Below, piece after piece: positions 46,539 through 46,718 of a stretch of DNA of 46,718 nt. Within the stretch, counting starts at the first letter, position 1, and each line of letters opens with the position of its first letter. This DNA is from Candidatus Doudnabacteria bacterium RIFCSPHIGHO2_01_FULL_46_24 (GTDB lineage: Bacteria > Patescibacteriota > Doudnabacteria > UBA920 > O2-02-FULL-48-8), in NCBI GenBank assembly GCA_001777575.1, contig MFEL01000001.1, forward strand, positions 1 through 46,718. The letters are read 5' to 3'. The position numbers and the translations under genes are program-made. The notes under the pieces were generated by a model that saw nothing but the letters and a program-made list of their open reading frames with translations, was not told where the DNA came from and did no database searches.

Positions 46539-46718
46539 ATGCCCCAGTTTCGCTTCGGTTCCCGCCGCGAACGCCAGGAGGCTGAGCAGGCCTTGGCTGC
46601 GATTCGCATCTTCTCTCCCCAGGACGCCCTGCGCCACATCAAGAAACATGGCAGGATCCTGGACGAGACCCACCTCAGCCACATCACGACCGTGTTCGGC
46701 CACGAGCCGGACATCCAG
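46539..46718 (+). CDS. Hypothetical protein, 5' part only (G+C-rich island, runs off the right window edge)
   Basis: Shine-Dalgarno site caGGGAGGAtatcacaca before the ATG. 60 open codons (MPQFRFGSRRERQEAEQALAAIRIF...). Two antisense ORFs in the track (46269..46703 and 46532..46714) compete. I chose this frame because of its promoter and Shine-Dalgarno site. Confidence 0.4.
   Translation, partial: MPQFRFGSRRERQEAEQALAAIRIFSPQDALRHIKKHGRILDETHLSHITTVFGHEPDIQ

Noticed and set aside
46269-46714. Minus-strand ORFs 46269..46703 and 46532..46714
   Set aside because: They run antisense through the recG 3' end, the palindromic element and the promoter and Shine-Dalgarno site of the plus-strand ORF, and have no start signals. 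G+C-rich DNA gives open frames on both strands, so this remains uncertain.

Overview
The window looks like a compact, housekeeping-rich stretch of a small bacterial genome. By inference it resembles Candidate Phyla Radiation/Patescibacteria: a 151-aa EF-Ts, a ThrRS that lacks the N-terminal TGS domain, a TrbC/VirB2-like pilin ORF, an ECF sigma factor paired with a coiled-coil partner, and very short intergenic spacers.

Core genes I can support:
- Translation: rplL, rplJ, rpmG, rpsB, tsf, rpmE, prfA, prmC, rplY, thrS, miaA and gatCAB.
- Replication and repair: dnaE, recG, recX.
- Envelope and proteostasis: mltG, an FtsW/RodA-family gene, htpX, lemA, clpC.
- Other: HU, yjbQ, pcm, comF, an ABC exporter, and a tightly overlapped five-gene two-component operon.
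- RNA genes: seven tRNAs (Trp-CCA, Thr-GGT, Thr-TGT, Tyr-GTA, Ser-GCT, Ser-TGA, Arg-GCG) and one tRNA 5'-half fragment.
- Regulation: a thrS T-box leader, and a recurrent exact extended -10 motif, TGCTATAAT.

Non-routine content, all read by eye:
1. A four-helix-bundle (23S-IVS-protein/Avd-like) gene sits inside a roughly 25-bp inverted-repeat stem. Two ORF-less copies of the same stem occur elsewhere in the window.
2. A nested-palindrome element of about 95 nt is present in four copies.
3. A small TCCGCC...GGCGGA hairpin family is present in four to five copies.
4. A 9-nt-periodic G-tract, collagen-codon-like repeat occurs at three loci.
5. An open-ended 281-codon secreted ORF is missing from the supplied track. 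It reads in frame through four of these repeat families and ends in Gly-X-Y repeats.
6. Hairpin-bearing in-frame extra segments occur inside prmC, miaA, prfA and dnaE.
7. Several G+C-rich single-gene or small-operon islands carry their own sigma70-type promoters, strong Shine-Dalgarno sites and terminators. One holds tandem Cys-rich zinc-ribbon paralogs behind a candidate Thr-codon leader-peptide attenuator.

I found no CRISPR array, reverse transcriptase, integrase or transposase. All coordinates of small motifs were counted by hand and may be off by 1-2 nt.
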